A DNA stretch of 53,027 nucleotides, filler included, from Bipalium vagum (lineage: Eukaryota): the NCBI GenBank assembly GCA_037834085.1. It is 3 parts of 3 records of this genome, joined end to end, with 100 filler letters (N's around TTAATTAATTAA, not from the genome) between each part and the next. Parts side by side here need not be neighbours in the genome. Positions count along the whole stretch, not along the records: positions 1 to 19,611 come from JBBMKC010271277.1; 2 more parts are not named here. One strand, 5' to 3'. The translations under genes were made by a program, and so were the position numbers. The notes beneath the pieces were generated by a model. The model worked only from the letters and a program-made list of their open reading frames with translations. It did not search any database and was not told the DNA's origin. Shown here in pieces: positions 1 through 13,250 of this stretch (within the stretch, counting starts at the first letter, position 1; the number at the start of each line of letters is the position of its first letter).

Positions 1-3000
1 TTTAACTTTAAAATATATTTATATAATTTAAATACTCTTCACAAAGCTACAAAAGTTTTAGTCTATTAAAGTATAATACATAAATACAAATTTTAGAAAG
101 ATAAAAGTCGTGCACTTTTTTATGCATCACCCGTTACTTGATAATTATATATTCCCTTATTCTTTGTCCATCATTCTAAACTTTCACAATAGCTTGGTCT
201 TGATTTCTTATGTAAAAATAATAAAACTTGATTTAAGAACGAAATTCTTGAATCAGCTAAACTATTCATGAGCGTTTTTAAAATAACTTTATGTGAATAC
301 AAAAGAAAGGAGTAATACAAATTTATTATTACGAAATAAAAATAAATTAGTCAACAATAAATTTTCAGTTGTTGTTGATAACTTCTTCCTATTGTTCAAT
401 AAAATTGTCAATGCCTCAACAATTTTCCTTCGGTCTAGACTCAAAGAATTAATCAAACCAAGCCCTCAATTCTACCCAATTATTGAATGATACGCCACGC
501 AAACCATTAGAAAGCGATCGAAAGAGATAAAATCCAATGGTGTCAAGTCTGTCGAAAATATAATGATTTTTTAATTAATTAAATTTTTATATTTCTTTTA
601 AAAATTTTCCTAAAATTTAATTTTCTTCTGATATCTATAATTTTACTGATAAATATTAATACTTTACAATAAAGTTCTTGTGTCAATTTTTTATTGGTCT
701 GAGTACAGTAGTTTTTATACTTGATTTTCAGTTCATTTAGATCTTTATGGGAAGAAAAGTTTTCCTTGAAAATTTTACTTAAACAAGAACACATTAACTG
801 ATGTCTTTTTCTGAATCATCACCGTCTCCAGTATATCAAAGCTCTCTTATTATTTTATAAATTATTGATTTTATAAATTATATTTTTAATAAAATAATAA
901 ATAACTTTTAAACTATTTAATTGTACCTCGTTTAGGGTTATAAAAAACTTTCAATTAATTTAATTTTGATTATAAAATTATAACTTCGCTTCAAAAAATT
1001 ATCAAAATATGACCTAATAATAATTTATAATAAAAAACACCTAATCCTTTTGAACTTTAATTACTAATAGATGTTAATAAAAAAGAACTAATCAACTAAA
1101 ATCTTATCAAAGAGAGTCCTTTACCAAGGACATTCTGAAAGAGTGGTGACATTGAAAAATCTATCTTATGAAAATATTCAATTAATATTCAACGATATGA
1201 TACTTTCTTTGAGTTACCAGTAATATATAAAATTATAATTATTGTAATTTTTAATTTATGTATCTTTAATTTTAGAATTAATCGTTAAAATAAATTATCG
1301 ATTAATTAATCATTAACTTTCGCAATAATATTCATAATAATTTTTTAATAATTGCTACAATAAAAATTTGACTTTATATTTAAAATGATAAATTTACGAA
1401 CTCAACCCACAACATTACTCAAAATTTATTAACTTTGACAATTTATAATATTTATTATATTAAGTGTACATTGCTAAAATAGTTTTTATGGCTTTTTCGT
1501 TACTGAGATGTTTTAGGTACATAAATGCACCATAATGTACCAAAAATAGTTCTCACCCGTTCCCATTTTCAAGTTATGCGTGAATTATTTGACCTAATTA
1601 ATTAAATTAAGTAAATACAAATAATAAGCTTAAACAAAAAATATATGTATTTTTCAATTAGAACAAATGATATCTTTTTTTCGACAAGCGTTAATAAAAT
1701 TATTTTACAGAAAACTAATTGGAAACAAATTAACAAAAATTTTCCTGAAATACAATAAAAAATAAAAATCCATTAAAAATGAATGATATTTATTATTTTT
1801 TTTTCTAGAAAGAGATAGATAAGAAAGAAACTTTTAATTTTAATAGAAATTGAAAATGAATAAATTTCCCTGGAAAACGTGCCAAGGAAAAATATTATTT
1901 TCTTAAGGAAAAAAAGAGAAATATCAATGTTTTTTGATAACCTTTCACAATCAATGTTATTCTAATCCCAGATTAATTCCTTATCCAAATTTCGTTTTTT
2001 TCAAAAAAAAGGTCTTCCTAACTTTGTTTTAATGACATGACCCAAAGCAGGACTTTTGAACTAATGTATCTATTTATGATCTACCAGTATATTGGAACCA
2101 GTAAAACAAAAAATATTCTAGAAAATAACTATTTATTGACCATAATTAATTAATAATATAATAAAATCTGTGTTTTACTGAAAATATAATCTAATATATA
2201 ATATCGAGGTATAATGACACCATTATATTATTATCACTAATAATGATAATAAAAATAAATTAATGATTAAAAATTATTTCTCATTGAAAATCAGACGACT
2301 TTGTCGAATGGGTTAACATTTCTTTTTTTATAATTTTTTTTGTTCTTATGATCATTCCTTTTTAAAATATGAGAAGCTCGTGTTTTTTAATTGTCAGTTT
2401 TGTTTTGATCTCAGATCAGGCCAGTAGTATATTTTATACCAGCGTCTCCACACATCGTTTGATCTTCTTCCAATCTTATGTTAACAAACGAATCTCTTCG
2501 GTTTCATTATCTTATCTAACATCGTAAATCAGAAAATGAGGATTGAGACCCAGAACAAATGGAGAACTTCCACGAGGGCATTAATTTTTATTTTGTTTGA
2601 TTATAGTTTAATATAGTCAATTTAATGATTTTATTTTTGAGATAAATTTTTTATACTTAGAGAAAATCTGTAACCATATACTTCAATCCTTCTTATCATA
2701 GAAATATAAAATTTTTTTGTGTTCTCATTGAAATTTGATTTATTTCCTCTGTTTATACAAAAGATCCTTTGGAGAAATAATTATCTTTAGTATCAAAGAT
2801 TATGAAATATTCCAAATGTCATATCTATGATGAAGTACAGAATTAAAGCTTTCAGGAAACTTTTATAAAGCGGATATTACAAAGCGGAGTCTATTATTTT
2901 TTGTCTGTTAGATAAATAATAATTATATAGGAATAATTTAAAACTTTTGTTTTAATTATTGAATTATTTTACAAATTAATAATAATAATAGTTATTATTA

Positions 3001-3245
3001 TTACTACTCTTTAAATTACAGTTTTTTTATAATTGTTACTGAACAAGTGTTTTGTGATTGTTATAACAACAAATTTAGTCTCATTTAATTTTTAAAAAGT
3101 TTTTTTTCTGATATATTATTTATAATATTTTAATGTAAATTACAGCCAATAGATAAGTGTGGAATTCATTTTTAATAAATCTATTAGTAAAATCAAATCC
3201 TTAGAAAAAATTATATTTATATAATTTCTTAATTAGAATTAAAAG

Positions 3246-4089
3246 ATGACGGAAAATGCAAAAAAAAGAAGAAACCCGATGAGTTATGACATTATATTTC
3301 CTGAATGGGAAAATGCAGTAAGAATTAATGTGAATGTTATGGACCTGAAATAATATCAGAAAAAACAGAGCGCGAATAGTACAAAGGATGAATCTCGTTT
3401 TGGTGGACCAATCCCAGATTAAGAAGATAAACTTATGAAATTAATCAAGCACGCCAGTCACATAAACAGTTATGACATTGCTAAATTTCTAAGCACTTGT
3501 CATTTAACTATTTTAAATCATCTAGAAATTCTTGGTTTCAAGAAAAGACGTGATATTTTGGTTTGTCGTAATATTTCTGTAAAACTTAATCAGCAAAATT
3601 TCTAATTGTTAATCTTTATTAAATAGTAATGGACTTCAATTATCTCTTAAAAATATGAATACCGGAGATGAATAGTAGATCACGTATTGCTAATAAAAAA
3701 AGTAGTGGTCACAAACGAATGAGCTCCATAAGCGATTTCGAATCCATAATTTTTTTCAAGAAAGATAATGTCTGTGTTGAAATTTAAAAGAAATCCTGAA
3801 TTATGAGCTTCGGGAACTTGATCACAGAACCATCGGACATTTACTGCAGTTTCTGTATCTGCAGAATTTTCTTAATGCAGTTGCAATGGTTTCAAGATAA
3901 GACTCCGAAAGTACATTGTACAGATTTTTGATCAGAATTATGAAAAATTCAATTTGAAATTTGACATTTCAATGGAAAGATGTTATCGAACAAAAATGGA
4001 ACGTATTTGATTCAATAACGTTTATTTGTTATGAAAAATGATGTTTGTTTTCTTATTAAAGAGCTGCGTAAATATTTTAGCTAACCTAA
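3246..4089 (+). mobile_element. Degenerate mariner
   Basis: Remnants of the N-terminus (MTENAKK..), the TGDE-like motif (accggagatgaa, ~3661) and the C-terminus (WKDVIEQ..), plus a 3' TIR-like end ...ttttagctaacctaa followed by TA. Many stops and frameshifts. Confidence 0.8.
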
Positions 4090-4249
4090 TATTAAAAAAA
4101 ATTAAAGTAATTTATTGAATTATTAAAAAAATTTTAAAATAAATTCAGTTCAAAAAACTTAATTTTAACAATTTTAAATTATTTATAAACCGGTTTAAAG
4201 GGGGTTTGGTTTTATAAATATATGATTTTTGGTCTTTTCTCCTTTCCCA

Positions 4250-5530
4250 TTTAGAGCCTTATTTACTTTAATTACAACTTTGGAACACTTGCTTATGGAA
4301 TCAAACGATAATTGAAAACGAAAGAGGGCTGTCCTTGACAGAAACCTCAGCACTTTAGGAATTATTGCAGAATTGTTTCCAATTTCAAAGTGGCTTTCGA
4401 TTCCAGTAATTATAATTAAATTTTAGGACTAATTAAATGATGAATTTAATGACATTTATAAGATTTATCGTCTGAACTCAAAACATAAAGCTATCAAGTA
4501 GGATCTCAGCTTATCATAAAATTCTGATCTCTAAGGCTAATTGGTCAAGAATAATTATATTTATTTCAGGGAATTGCAATTTGAAGTATGATTCTGCGTC
4601 TTGGCCTTTTAATTATCCTTATTCACTCTTAAGTATCAGATTGGAAGGGGTTGGTATTTATTAATTTGATAACTAACATGCCAATAATATTAAATATCCT
4701 TCTGGTATGCCAATTGTCAAACTTGGCGGGTTAATAATGTTACAGAATGAGGAAAAAATCGTGTTTGAAAATCTCATATTGAGAGTTATGATATACATAG
4801 TTTCTATATCTTCCCCAAACAAATTTTATGGTCAAGATTCTTTCTACAATAAATCGGTTTTTGAAAGAAATAAATTTAGAATTAAAATCCTCAGGGAAAC
4901 TCTTCAAGTATCTGAACACTTCATCAATCAAACGATCGCAAAGTTCAGGAAGCTTTAGGTTGTTAAGTGAAAACAACTTCTTAATATATATCACATTGGC
5001 CTGTACATCAAAGAAATCGATAGAAGACGCAAGCTGTTTTATATTTAGTTATGTCCAGGAACTGAAGATACCGAAGGGGTTCTGATGAACTATTCATACG
5101 TTTCTTTTATATAGCTCAAAACTACCAAATGGATGATTGAAAATTATGAGTATTCATAAATGACCTCACTTCTGAATTTATTGAAAAATATTATACAAAG
5201 AAGGTTGAGGTTTTTTTGTTTCAGTCATTTTTCATTAATAGTATGATTTTGTCGAGTTTTAAATTTAAGAGTTCATTAACTGAGGAAAATAAAAGTAAAT
5301 TAAATTACCAATAAATTCCACTATTTTGGACAATTTATGAATTTCATCATAGAATATTTGATTTTGTTTCGAGACAATTAAAATAATCCAACTATTTCTT
5401 GACATACTCACAATTACCGAAACAAGTGATAATTCAGAACCAATATAAAGTGCACGGGAGTGAGGAGATAAAACCAAAGTCTCTGCAGTATAACCATGTT
5501 TGGTAGCCAGTTTTTGACTATCTTTTAAGG
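4250..5530 (-). mobile_element. Possible highly decayed non-LTR (LINE) retrotransposon fragment
   Basis: Broken, GC-elevated minus-strand frames with only weak endonuclease-like pieces (e.g. EFIGNLI). No intact motif. Confidence 0.25.
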
Positions 5531-5639
5531 TTTAGTTAGTTCCTAATGCGAAATACCTTTTGATAACTTCTTTGCAATTGACTTTTATGGTTAGCCTAAA
5601 TCAATAATTAACCAAAAATAAAAGCTTTTTAATTCGATG

Positions 5640-6040
5640 ACTTTACCTTACGCAAAAAATTAAATATTTTCCTTTCATCAAACAAAATTGCAAAATTACC
5701 TTTTTTTCTATCATTTAACGAGGTACAGGATTTATTTGCTTCTGAATATAATGTTAGAAATTGTTTGTTAAGTTAGATTCAGTGAAACAGCCAATTATCT
5801 TGGCTTCGTCTATAGTCCTTGTAAATTAGCGCTTGCAGCTCACCATCTTCAAGTATCTCAATGAGTTCCAGGATCTATTTTGTTAACATCAAAATCTGCA
5901 GTTTTGAATAATAAAAACCATTAACATTAAGTTCTTTCAACTAAGGCACGATTTTTCATAAGCCTCAATATTCGTTGATAAAACTTCTCAAAAATCAATT
6001 TTCGAAAAAAATTTAAAATTTTTTTAAATTGTTCATTATG
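5640..6040 (-). mobile_element. Mariner 5' (HTH) fragment
   Basis: Minus strand translates RALVERT*C*WFLLFKTADFDV, matching the Mos1-type HTH (ALSERTCxxWFxRFKxGDFDV). Confidence 0.75.
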
Positions 6041-6479
6041 TAAGGTAAGCTTAAAACAGTACTTTAGAGAAACAACAAAACAGATTACAAAGTTTTATAA
6101 ATTCAGAGATGAAATTTTAAATTATTTAATCCCAGACTCATACCTCTACAACTAATACAAGTTTTAAAGCTATCCTTTTTGAAGAGTTTATCAATATCTA
6201 AGATTAATACGGTATCATATTTTAGGAGCATGTTGATATCCTCATATATAATGGATTATTAAGAGAAAGGTTTTCGAAGGAGTTAAAAAAAGAAACAGAA
6301 ATTCCCAGCAAACCAATTATTAAATTATCCAAATAAATTTTATTAACCAGGATTTTAAATAATAATATAATTTTTCTAAAAAGATATAAAAGCAATAATT
6401 TTCTGTTGTTATTAGTATTAGTGAAAACGATTCATTTTAACGCTTAATATCATTCAATCCAAGTCGCCTTTTCAATATT

Positions 6480-6900
6480 TTATAGATTTGCCATAAAGGG
6501 CAATATATCAAATTCCACAGTGTCTCAATGGGGCGTAAATCATGAAAAAAATTAAACGCCCTTTGTAATCCATACTAAATTTGTCTTGACATCGTTTTAT
6601 AGACATACTTTCATCACTGACCCATGGTCTCTTAACCATTATTAGTGTTGACATCCGATAGAATATTAAAATGATTTGGCCTAAACATTTATGGTAAAAC
6701 AACAATTTATAAGGCGGTATGAAAGTAATACTCTGCCGAAATTTATTCTGAATCTTGTCAATAATAATTCCTCGTACCTTTGTCAGATTCCAATCACCTG
6801 TACAACATTTTAGTGTCGATGGTACATAACAATTATTCTTATGCAAAAAATTTTTTTTCACAAGATAAATTATAAGTTTATTATCTTCCTTTCCATATTT
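6480..6900 (-). mobile_element. Possible decayed Gypsy-type integrase fragment
   Basis: ORF 6508-6861 contains FYHKCLGQ (H..LGH-like) and DKFSMDYKGRL, resembling the ExxxxDFKGP integrase-core start. Confidence 0.3.
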
Positions 6901-7063
6901 ATTTTCATAAATCTAACTTGTTACATGGCGCCTTTGGCCTAGGATTAATTATATATTTATCTACTCCATTTTATTAATAATTGCTTTTAATATAATATCA
7001 ATATAATTATTATAATAATATTATTGATTAATTAAATAATTTATTATAATTATTAATAATTTT

Positions 7064-7561
7064 TGTGACATAAATTGAAATTAGTCGGGGGATATATCTC
7101 AGCGAAAATTTCATCTGGGTGTTGGGAAGACATCGATGAATTTCTCTGAAATGAAAGACTATGCTGATGAATCCAATCCTGGCTATCCAATATCCGAAAA
7201 CTTTGACGAAGAAAATGATCTTGAATGTAACAATGAACTTATATACAAAAATTATGATAATTTATTGTATATTTTGTGTGTGTGTAATTTATTTTATTGC
7301 CATACTAGGCTCACAGAAATGTGCTGATGATTTATGTTCATGTATGTAAAAATTTTTTGTAAAAAATACAAATCTGTTCATTCGAATCCCGGTATCTCCG
7401 ATTAATTTTCAACTAACATGGCGACCACACTAGGACACCAACCAGTGGACGAGCTCTCAAAAGTGGTAAAGCAAAGGAAAGGAAAGGAAATAGAAGTTAG
7501 AGACTCGGGGCGGTTAAGAGTCTGAATGTGAGTGGTATCTCCGATTAATTTTCAACTAACA
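7064..7561 (+). mobile_element. Miniature non-autonomous LTR retroelement (TRIM) with tRNA-derived LTRs: 5' LTR 7064-7418, internal 7419-7526, internally deleted 3' LTR 7527-7561
   Basis: Both LTRs begin TGTGA and end with an identical 28-mer ggtatctccgattaattttcaactaACA (7391-7418 = 7534-7561). PBS TGGCGACCAC follows the 5' LTR immediately. The internal segment is purine-rich. Flanks atttt/attat are a possible TSD. tRNA 5' half is at 7087-7104 and B-box TTCGAATCCC at 7381-7390. Confidence 0.7.
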
Positions 7562-8599
7562 ATTATTATTATTCAATTACTTTTTTAAAATTATAAAGAA
7601 TTTCTACTTGTTACCTTCTTTAAAATCTTTATGAAAACATAAATTGTTTGTAAGTGGAACGCAATCAAAAAATGCATATACCTATGTAAATGTAGGATAA
7701 CAAGAAATTGGTTACAAATAAAATGAAGGGGAAAGATATTTTTTGTTGAAAAATAAAAAGGTTAATTAACAAATATTCAAAAATAGAAAATAAATGATGC
7801 ATAAACATTTGATAATATTTTAATTTCAGTTTTTAAAATTTCCCCAATTTTATCTTGACACACTTTGGAATTTCGTTATTAAGTTTGGGTAAATAAAAAT
7901 GTACAAGTTCTTTCGAAAATAAGTATGAATAAAAAAGAAAAGAATATATCACGGTCCTTATTTTTCGATTATTTTAAAAGTTTTTATTTCTCAAACTGTT
8001 TGGGAATACCTTGCTCGCTAAGGTAATTCAATCAGTGGCTAGGATTTACAATTTTTATATTTTTTTTATTTTAATTACAATTGTTTTTATGATTCGTTAT
8101 ATAAAATATATTTCAGTGATATTCGCTGCTATAACAAAATAGGAGATTATAACATCAAAACATTGTCAAAAAAGGATGAGGATAAGAAACCTTTGGAAAA
8201 AAGTTGCTGTATAATGGGAACCCCGCTTTATTGGCTTCAGATCTTCACATCAGCGGACTTAGAGAATACTTCTTGGAGTTCAATTATTGGTAATACATGT
8301 TCTATTTTTTGTATGAAATCACTTTTCTGAGACAGTAAATGAAGGACCCGAGATCTTTCAGAAATGTGATTACATTTTCTTAAAATTTTCCCTATCTTTT
8401 TTTTATTTTTGTTTAATTGCACAAATGTTATACAGTTTTTTGAACCATTTTTCCTGTTATCTTGGAAAAGTATCTATATTAAAATTTCACCGAAGTCGTT
8501 TCTAAATTACTGTATTTTCTTAGTATTACTTCAGTTTATATCTTTTACGAGAGATATTAATAGTAATAAATATTATTAATACGTTTGTTGGTTGGACAG

Positions 8600-9680
8600 T
8601 GTGGGAAATCTAGAACTTGATAAAAGCAAATCAAATAAAAACTTTATGTACTTTTTTTAAAGCCTTTAAAATCAATACTCTTTAAAGCGATCGATTTTTT
8701 CAATTTTGAAATTTTTACCTCAGATACAATTATCAGTTTCATACAAAAAAGTACGAGCCACATAATTTCTCTTTGATGGTTGAAAACAAAGACATTCTTC
8801 GTGGCTGTGAAATCGATCGTTTGAATTATAAAAACTGTCGTTATCATGATGAAAAATAATTTGTGAATTTCAATTGGTCTATGTAATTTTGGAAATCACT
8901 TGCGGTAAGCAAACTGGCGCATACCATTCAGCATTGACAGTTCTTTTGTTTTCTAAAGTTACCGTTACATTTCTTCTTAATTTGTAATCAATTCATTTTC
9001 TTTGCAGTTATGGGAGATCAAACAACTTTGTTTGTATGAATTCACTTATAAATACCAAATCAATGAATTTCACGTACTTTCAAGGTCATACTAATGAATT
9101 TACGTTTCATCAATAATAATGCTGTAAAATAAATTTAAACCACCTGCTAAATTTATACAGCATTTTTTGGCATCATTCAACAGAGAATTTTTTTCAGAAT
9201 ATATCAAATTGTGAAGACTTAATGAGTGCTAAGCTTTGGTACCTTGATAATAATCATGAAAAATGGTTTCAATTGATTTAATACCAATACCTCAATTTAA
9301 TCGTATGGGATATGTTGATCTCTTTCAATCACTTCACGCACCTCATCAATAACATTACCTTCAACGGATGTTGATGTATAATCTTCAAGAAATTCGCTCT
9401 CCAGACTTATTCGTCGACGCAAGAATTATGTGAACTATTACTATTATTTATTACTAATTTATTAACTATTACTAATATTTGTAAACCAAACTATAATTTT
9501 AAAATGAAAGTTTCATATTTTATTTATTAATTCAATTTCAAATAAAACTTTTTATGTTAATCATTAAAACAAAATCATTCATTTAGATTTTTTCAAATGA
9601 TTTATGGTAATTTAATGTCGAATTTTATAGTTATGTCAGTTATAAACGCGTATATCACTTAAAGTACCACATTCCACGAG
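8600..9680 (-). mobile_element. Degenerate mariner, interrupted by an AT island at 9435-9480
   Basis: Minus strand gives VTLENKRTVNAEWYA (~8930-8970) and IDEVREVIERD (~9320-9350), both typical mariner transposase segments. Boundaries are approximate. Confidence 0.75.
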
Positions 9681-12094
9681 CTTCATCCAAATCCCTAAAA
9701 TACATTCACAAAAAAGAAATCAGAAAAGTAACAGATTTTTAGATAATTTTATATTATATCGGAAAATAAAATAAATCACGAAAATATTTTTAATTGGAAC
9801 AGAAAATCTATGAAAAATGAAAACAATTGTGACATTTGAGAAAATGATTTTAAAACAAAAGTGGCTTTATTTCTCTTTTGAATTATTAAATTATTAAACG
9901 ATGGCATTTCCATTGATTCATTAATATATTAATTCAGAAATAATAATATTAAGCTATTATTAATATTAAATGAGTAATAAAATATTTAAGAGCAATCAGA
10001 GTCGTTTGAGATGATAAACAATGAAAATTTGGTCTCATTTTTTACAAGAATTATTATTTATAATAAATACCAATTTTGAATATGGGAAGAACTAAAATAT
10101 AACCAATGAAAAATATAAGAATAAAAAATTTAGGTTTGGTAATTTTTTTAATAAAAAAAATTTACCAATTAATATTTAAATAAATTATAAATAATAATTA
10201 TAATGATAGTAATATTAGTTATTATTTTAATTAATTAGCTGTTCAATTAAGTTCTTAATATTATTTAAATTTGTAACAATGTATTTTAACTGAATAAATT
10301 TATTTTATATCACATCTCATTTACACATTAAAAGATACGTAGATTTAATTTATTAATTATTAATTATTTTTTTTGTAAATTAAGAATAAAATTTTAAATG
10401 AAAAAAATGCTTTTTTAAATTAAATAGGTATTTTTATTTTTATAATTTTTAGAAAGTAAAATATCATGAAAAATATAATAAATTTTAATAAAACTTTTAA
10501 CGTTTAAAATTTAAAAAAATTTTTCTTTTGAAATCTGAATTTTTATTTTGTTTTAATTTTATGTTTTTGAATTGTTAATTTTCACTGAATTTAATATTAA
10601 ATTTTTATTTAAATTCATTAATTATAATATTTATATATAACTAGATTAATGATATGTTGGTAGTTATATTATTTAAAAAATTAACTTTCCTATTAATTAT
10701 TTAGGACTATAAATTAAAAATTTTATGAGATATTATAAAAAAAATCCCAATTTATTAAAAGTGAGAATGTTGTAAAATTAGTTAAGCAAAAATTCCATTA
10801 TTAAATCGTGATTGTCTCTGAGACTGTCTCCAAAATGAATTATAATAAAATAATTTTTTTATTAAATTTTTAAAGCTGAACTCTTCAAATGCAAAGTAAA
10901 ATCAACATTGATGAAAACCATATGGAAACCATAGGTCGATATTATCACCATTAAAGGAAAATAAAACGAATGTAAATATATTGACATTTTATCTGATAAG
11001 ATGCCTCCCATATTCATTCGGCTGGATTTATTTTGCACAGATTTATGAAAAAGAAAAAAATTTAATATAACAGAAAAATTATTGTTGGGAAATTTTACAT
11101 TCTCACTTCAGATGAAACTTTCAAACGAGCAATAATATCATTTCCCCCTTGTGCTCAAGGTCTACATGGAGGGGGAGATCAAAGTTTTCACAGATAAATA
11201 TCTGATGACAAACGGAAATCAATTTAGTATTTCTCATCTTCCTCATGATATTCACTTTTTTTAAAAAAAATATTCCCTGACAAAAAATTTTTTTTATAAA
11301 GGAAAAAATTTTTCGATAAAATAAAAATTGTTAAATTTTTGCAAATTCATAGAGCAAATTTGTTGACGATTGGTTCGTGCTGTGAAAGATAAGATAAACT
11401 GAAAATTAAAACAAGTGACATCAAAACTTTTCAGCTTTACCGAGATTAAAGCTAAACTTAACTTTGAACGATTTATCACTAATAAAAAAGAATTAAAAAT
11501 AAATTATTGTCTGTAATTTAATAATTTAGAAAAATTTTATAAATTATTTTTAAATAAATAAATGATAAATTTTGTGTAAAATATATTTTATGATTTATAT
11601 TTACAATGTTATAAAATATAAAAAATCATTACTGAAAAAATTCACATTCTAAAAGCAAATGTTTAATTAATTAGTTATAAAAGTGCACAGATGAACGACA
11701 TAAAATTTATGATTCGAATTTAGCGCATTGAATTATTTTCTAGTGCCAATGTGAACCATTTAAACAAAATATTACTGTTATGGCTTTTGGAATCCAGTTC
11801 ACAAATCTTACAGCTTCAGAATTTCATTTATTTTGTTGGGTTTTTTCTGTTTGTTTTAATCTGTAGATTAATAATTATTTTTGAAATATGAGCGTCAATT
11901 ACCTTTATATAAAGTTCCTAAAATTTAAAATTAATATGACATTTTAAGAAATAATTTTTTGTTTTAATTATTTATCAAATTGAATCGATTAAAATATTTT
12001 TTATTTTACAAATATCCTTTGATAAAATTAATATTATACTTATTAATTGTTGTTAAAATAAAAATATATCTTGTTTATTTAATTTGTGTTTATA

Positions 12095-12725
12095 CAGTAT
12101 AGTGAAAGCGTCTTTGCCCTTAGTATATCTACTTTTTATTGACGAATTTAAAATAAATAAGAAAATTAAATATGTACAAAATATATTAAGCTGAAATGTA
12201 AAATGTATTTGATCTAATAATTTATTTTTTCTCCTTCAATAAGCACTAAAAATCTTACCGCCATCGAATTTACTAAATTATTTAGGATTTCCATATTAAT
12301 CTTGTTCCATTTTTCATATGAGTACTCTATTAATTCGTCAAAATTTTTGAACTATTTGAAAGCCAGTCCATTACTTCGGGTGCTTCAATAGACAAGAATT
12401 CCTGGGCAACCCGACTCTTATATGTTGTATCATTGTCCATGCTTAATCTCTATCATCAGCCAAACATTTTTCTAGCATTTGGAATCAAGTATTCCTTAAG
12501 AACTTGTACAAATGTGGTCCATCCCTAATTTTTTTAAATGCATGCACACTGACAAGACCCTTGAAGCTGAAACCTACCATAGCATAATCTTCGGTCAGTT
12601 TTGTGGAATGCTTTTGAATTCAACACTGGAATTTTTCGATCATATACGAATGGTATTTCAAAATAATGCAAAGACGTTTCATCAGTAAAAATAGTTCGAC
12701 TCTAATCATCATCTTTATGTTGAAT
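12095..12725 (-). mobile_element. Tc1-like transposon, 3' half
   Basis: Minus strand gives SRTIFTDETS and MDNDTTYKSRVAQEFLSIEAPEVMDW. The terminus TA-cagtatag at 12095 is shared with the element end at 49887. Confidence 0.75.
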
Positions 12726-13139
12726 TTCACATTTTTTTTAAAACAGATCTCTAAAAATAAAAAATATATTTATAAACATTGACAAATTTATAGATTTGTT
12801 CTTATGACTAAGCAAATTTGCGAAAACTTATTTCAAGTGACAACAAATGTACATTTAAAAGTTGACTGTACGTATTTAATAATAAATATCATCAGTTTAT
12901 ATTTGATTTCACTATATTTTAACATAAATAAATATTAATATTTATTTTATTTTCTTTACTTCTTATTTGTCAAATAAAATTAAAATTATTATCTATATTA
13001 TTATTATAATTGTTAACAAATAATTATAAAATATATGATACTAATTAAATATTTTTGTTTATTATTATTTATTATCTTTTTGATTTAAATTATATTTATT
13101 ATATTCCATTTGTTTTAATATTCGTGAAATTTAATTCAA

Positions 13140-13250
13140 CTTGAAGATGATGAAAATTGCAGAAAAACATGTCCGCATTTTCATACTTTATGAATGAAAA
13201 AAACAGTTGTACGCTCCATAAATAGCAAAAGAATTTTATGAATAATAAGT
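13140..13250 (+). mobile_element. Mariner N-terminal fragment
   Basis: MKIAEKHVRIFILYE* resembles mariner N-termini (xxxKxHIRxxxLYEF). Confidence 0.5.

Noticed and set aside
579-794. ORF 579-794 (and 8237-8422) as further members of the micro-ORF family
   Set aside because: Only a KIFKENF/RIFSENS-level resemblance, expected from the K/I/F/N bias of AT-rich DNA.
4180-4220. Imperfect 12-bp hairpin
   Set aside because: The arms are mostly A/T and it occurs once; compatible with chance.
7087-7399. Functional (intron-containing or split) tRNA-Ala gene; likewise 47721-47760
   Set aside because: The first copy lacks the anticodon arm and has a mutated A-box, and the second lacks the 3' half. Both sit in LTR-like context.
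7391-7561. CRISPR-like repeat-spacer unit (28-bp repeat)
   Set aside because: Only two repeats, a 115-nt spacer, eukaryotic context and no cas genes; it is explained as LTR ends.
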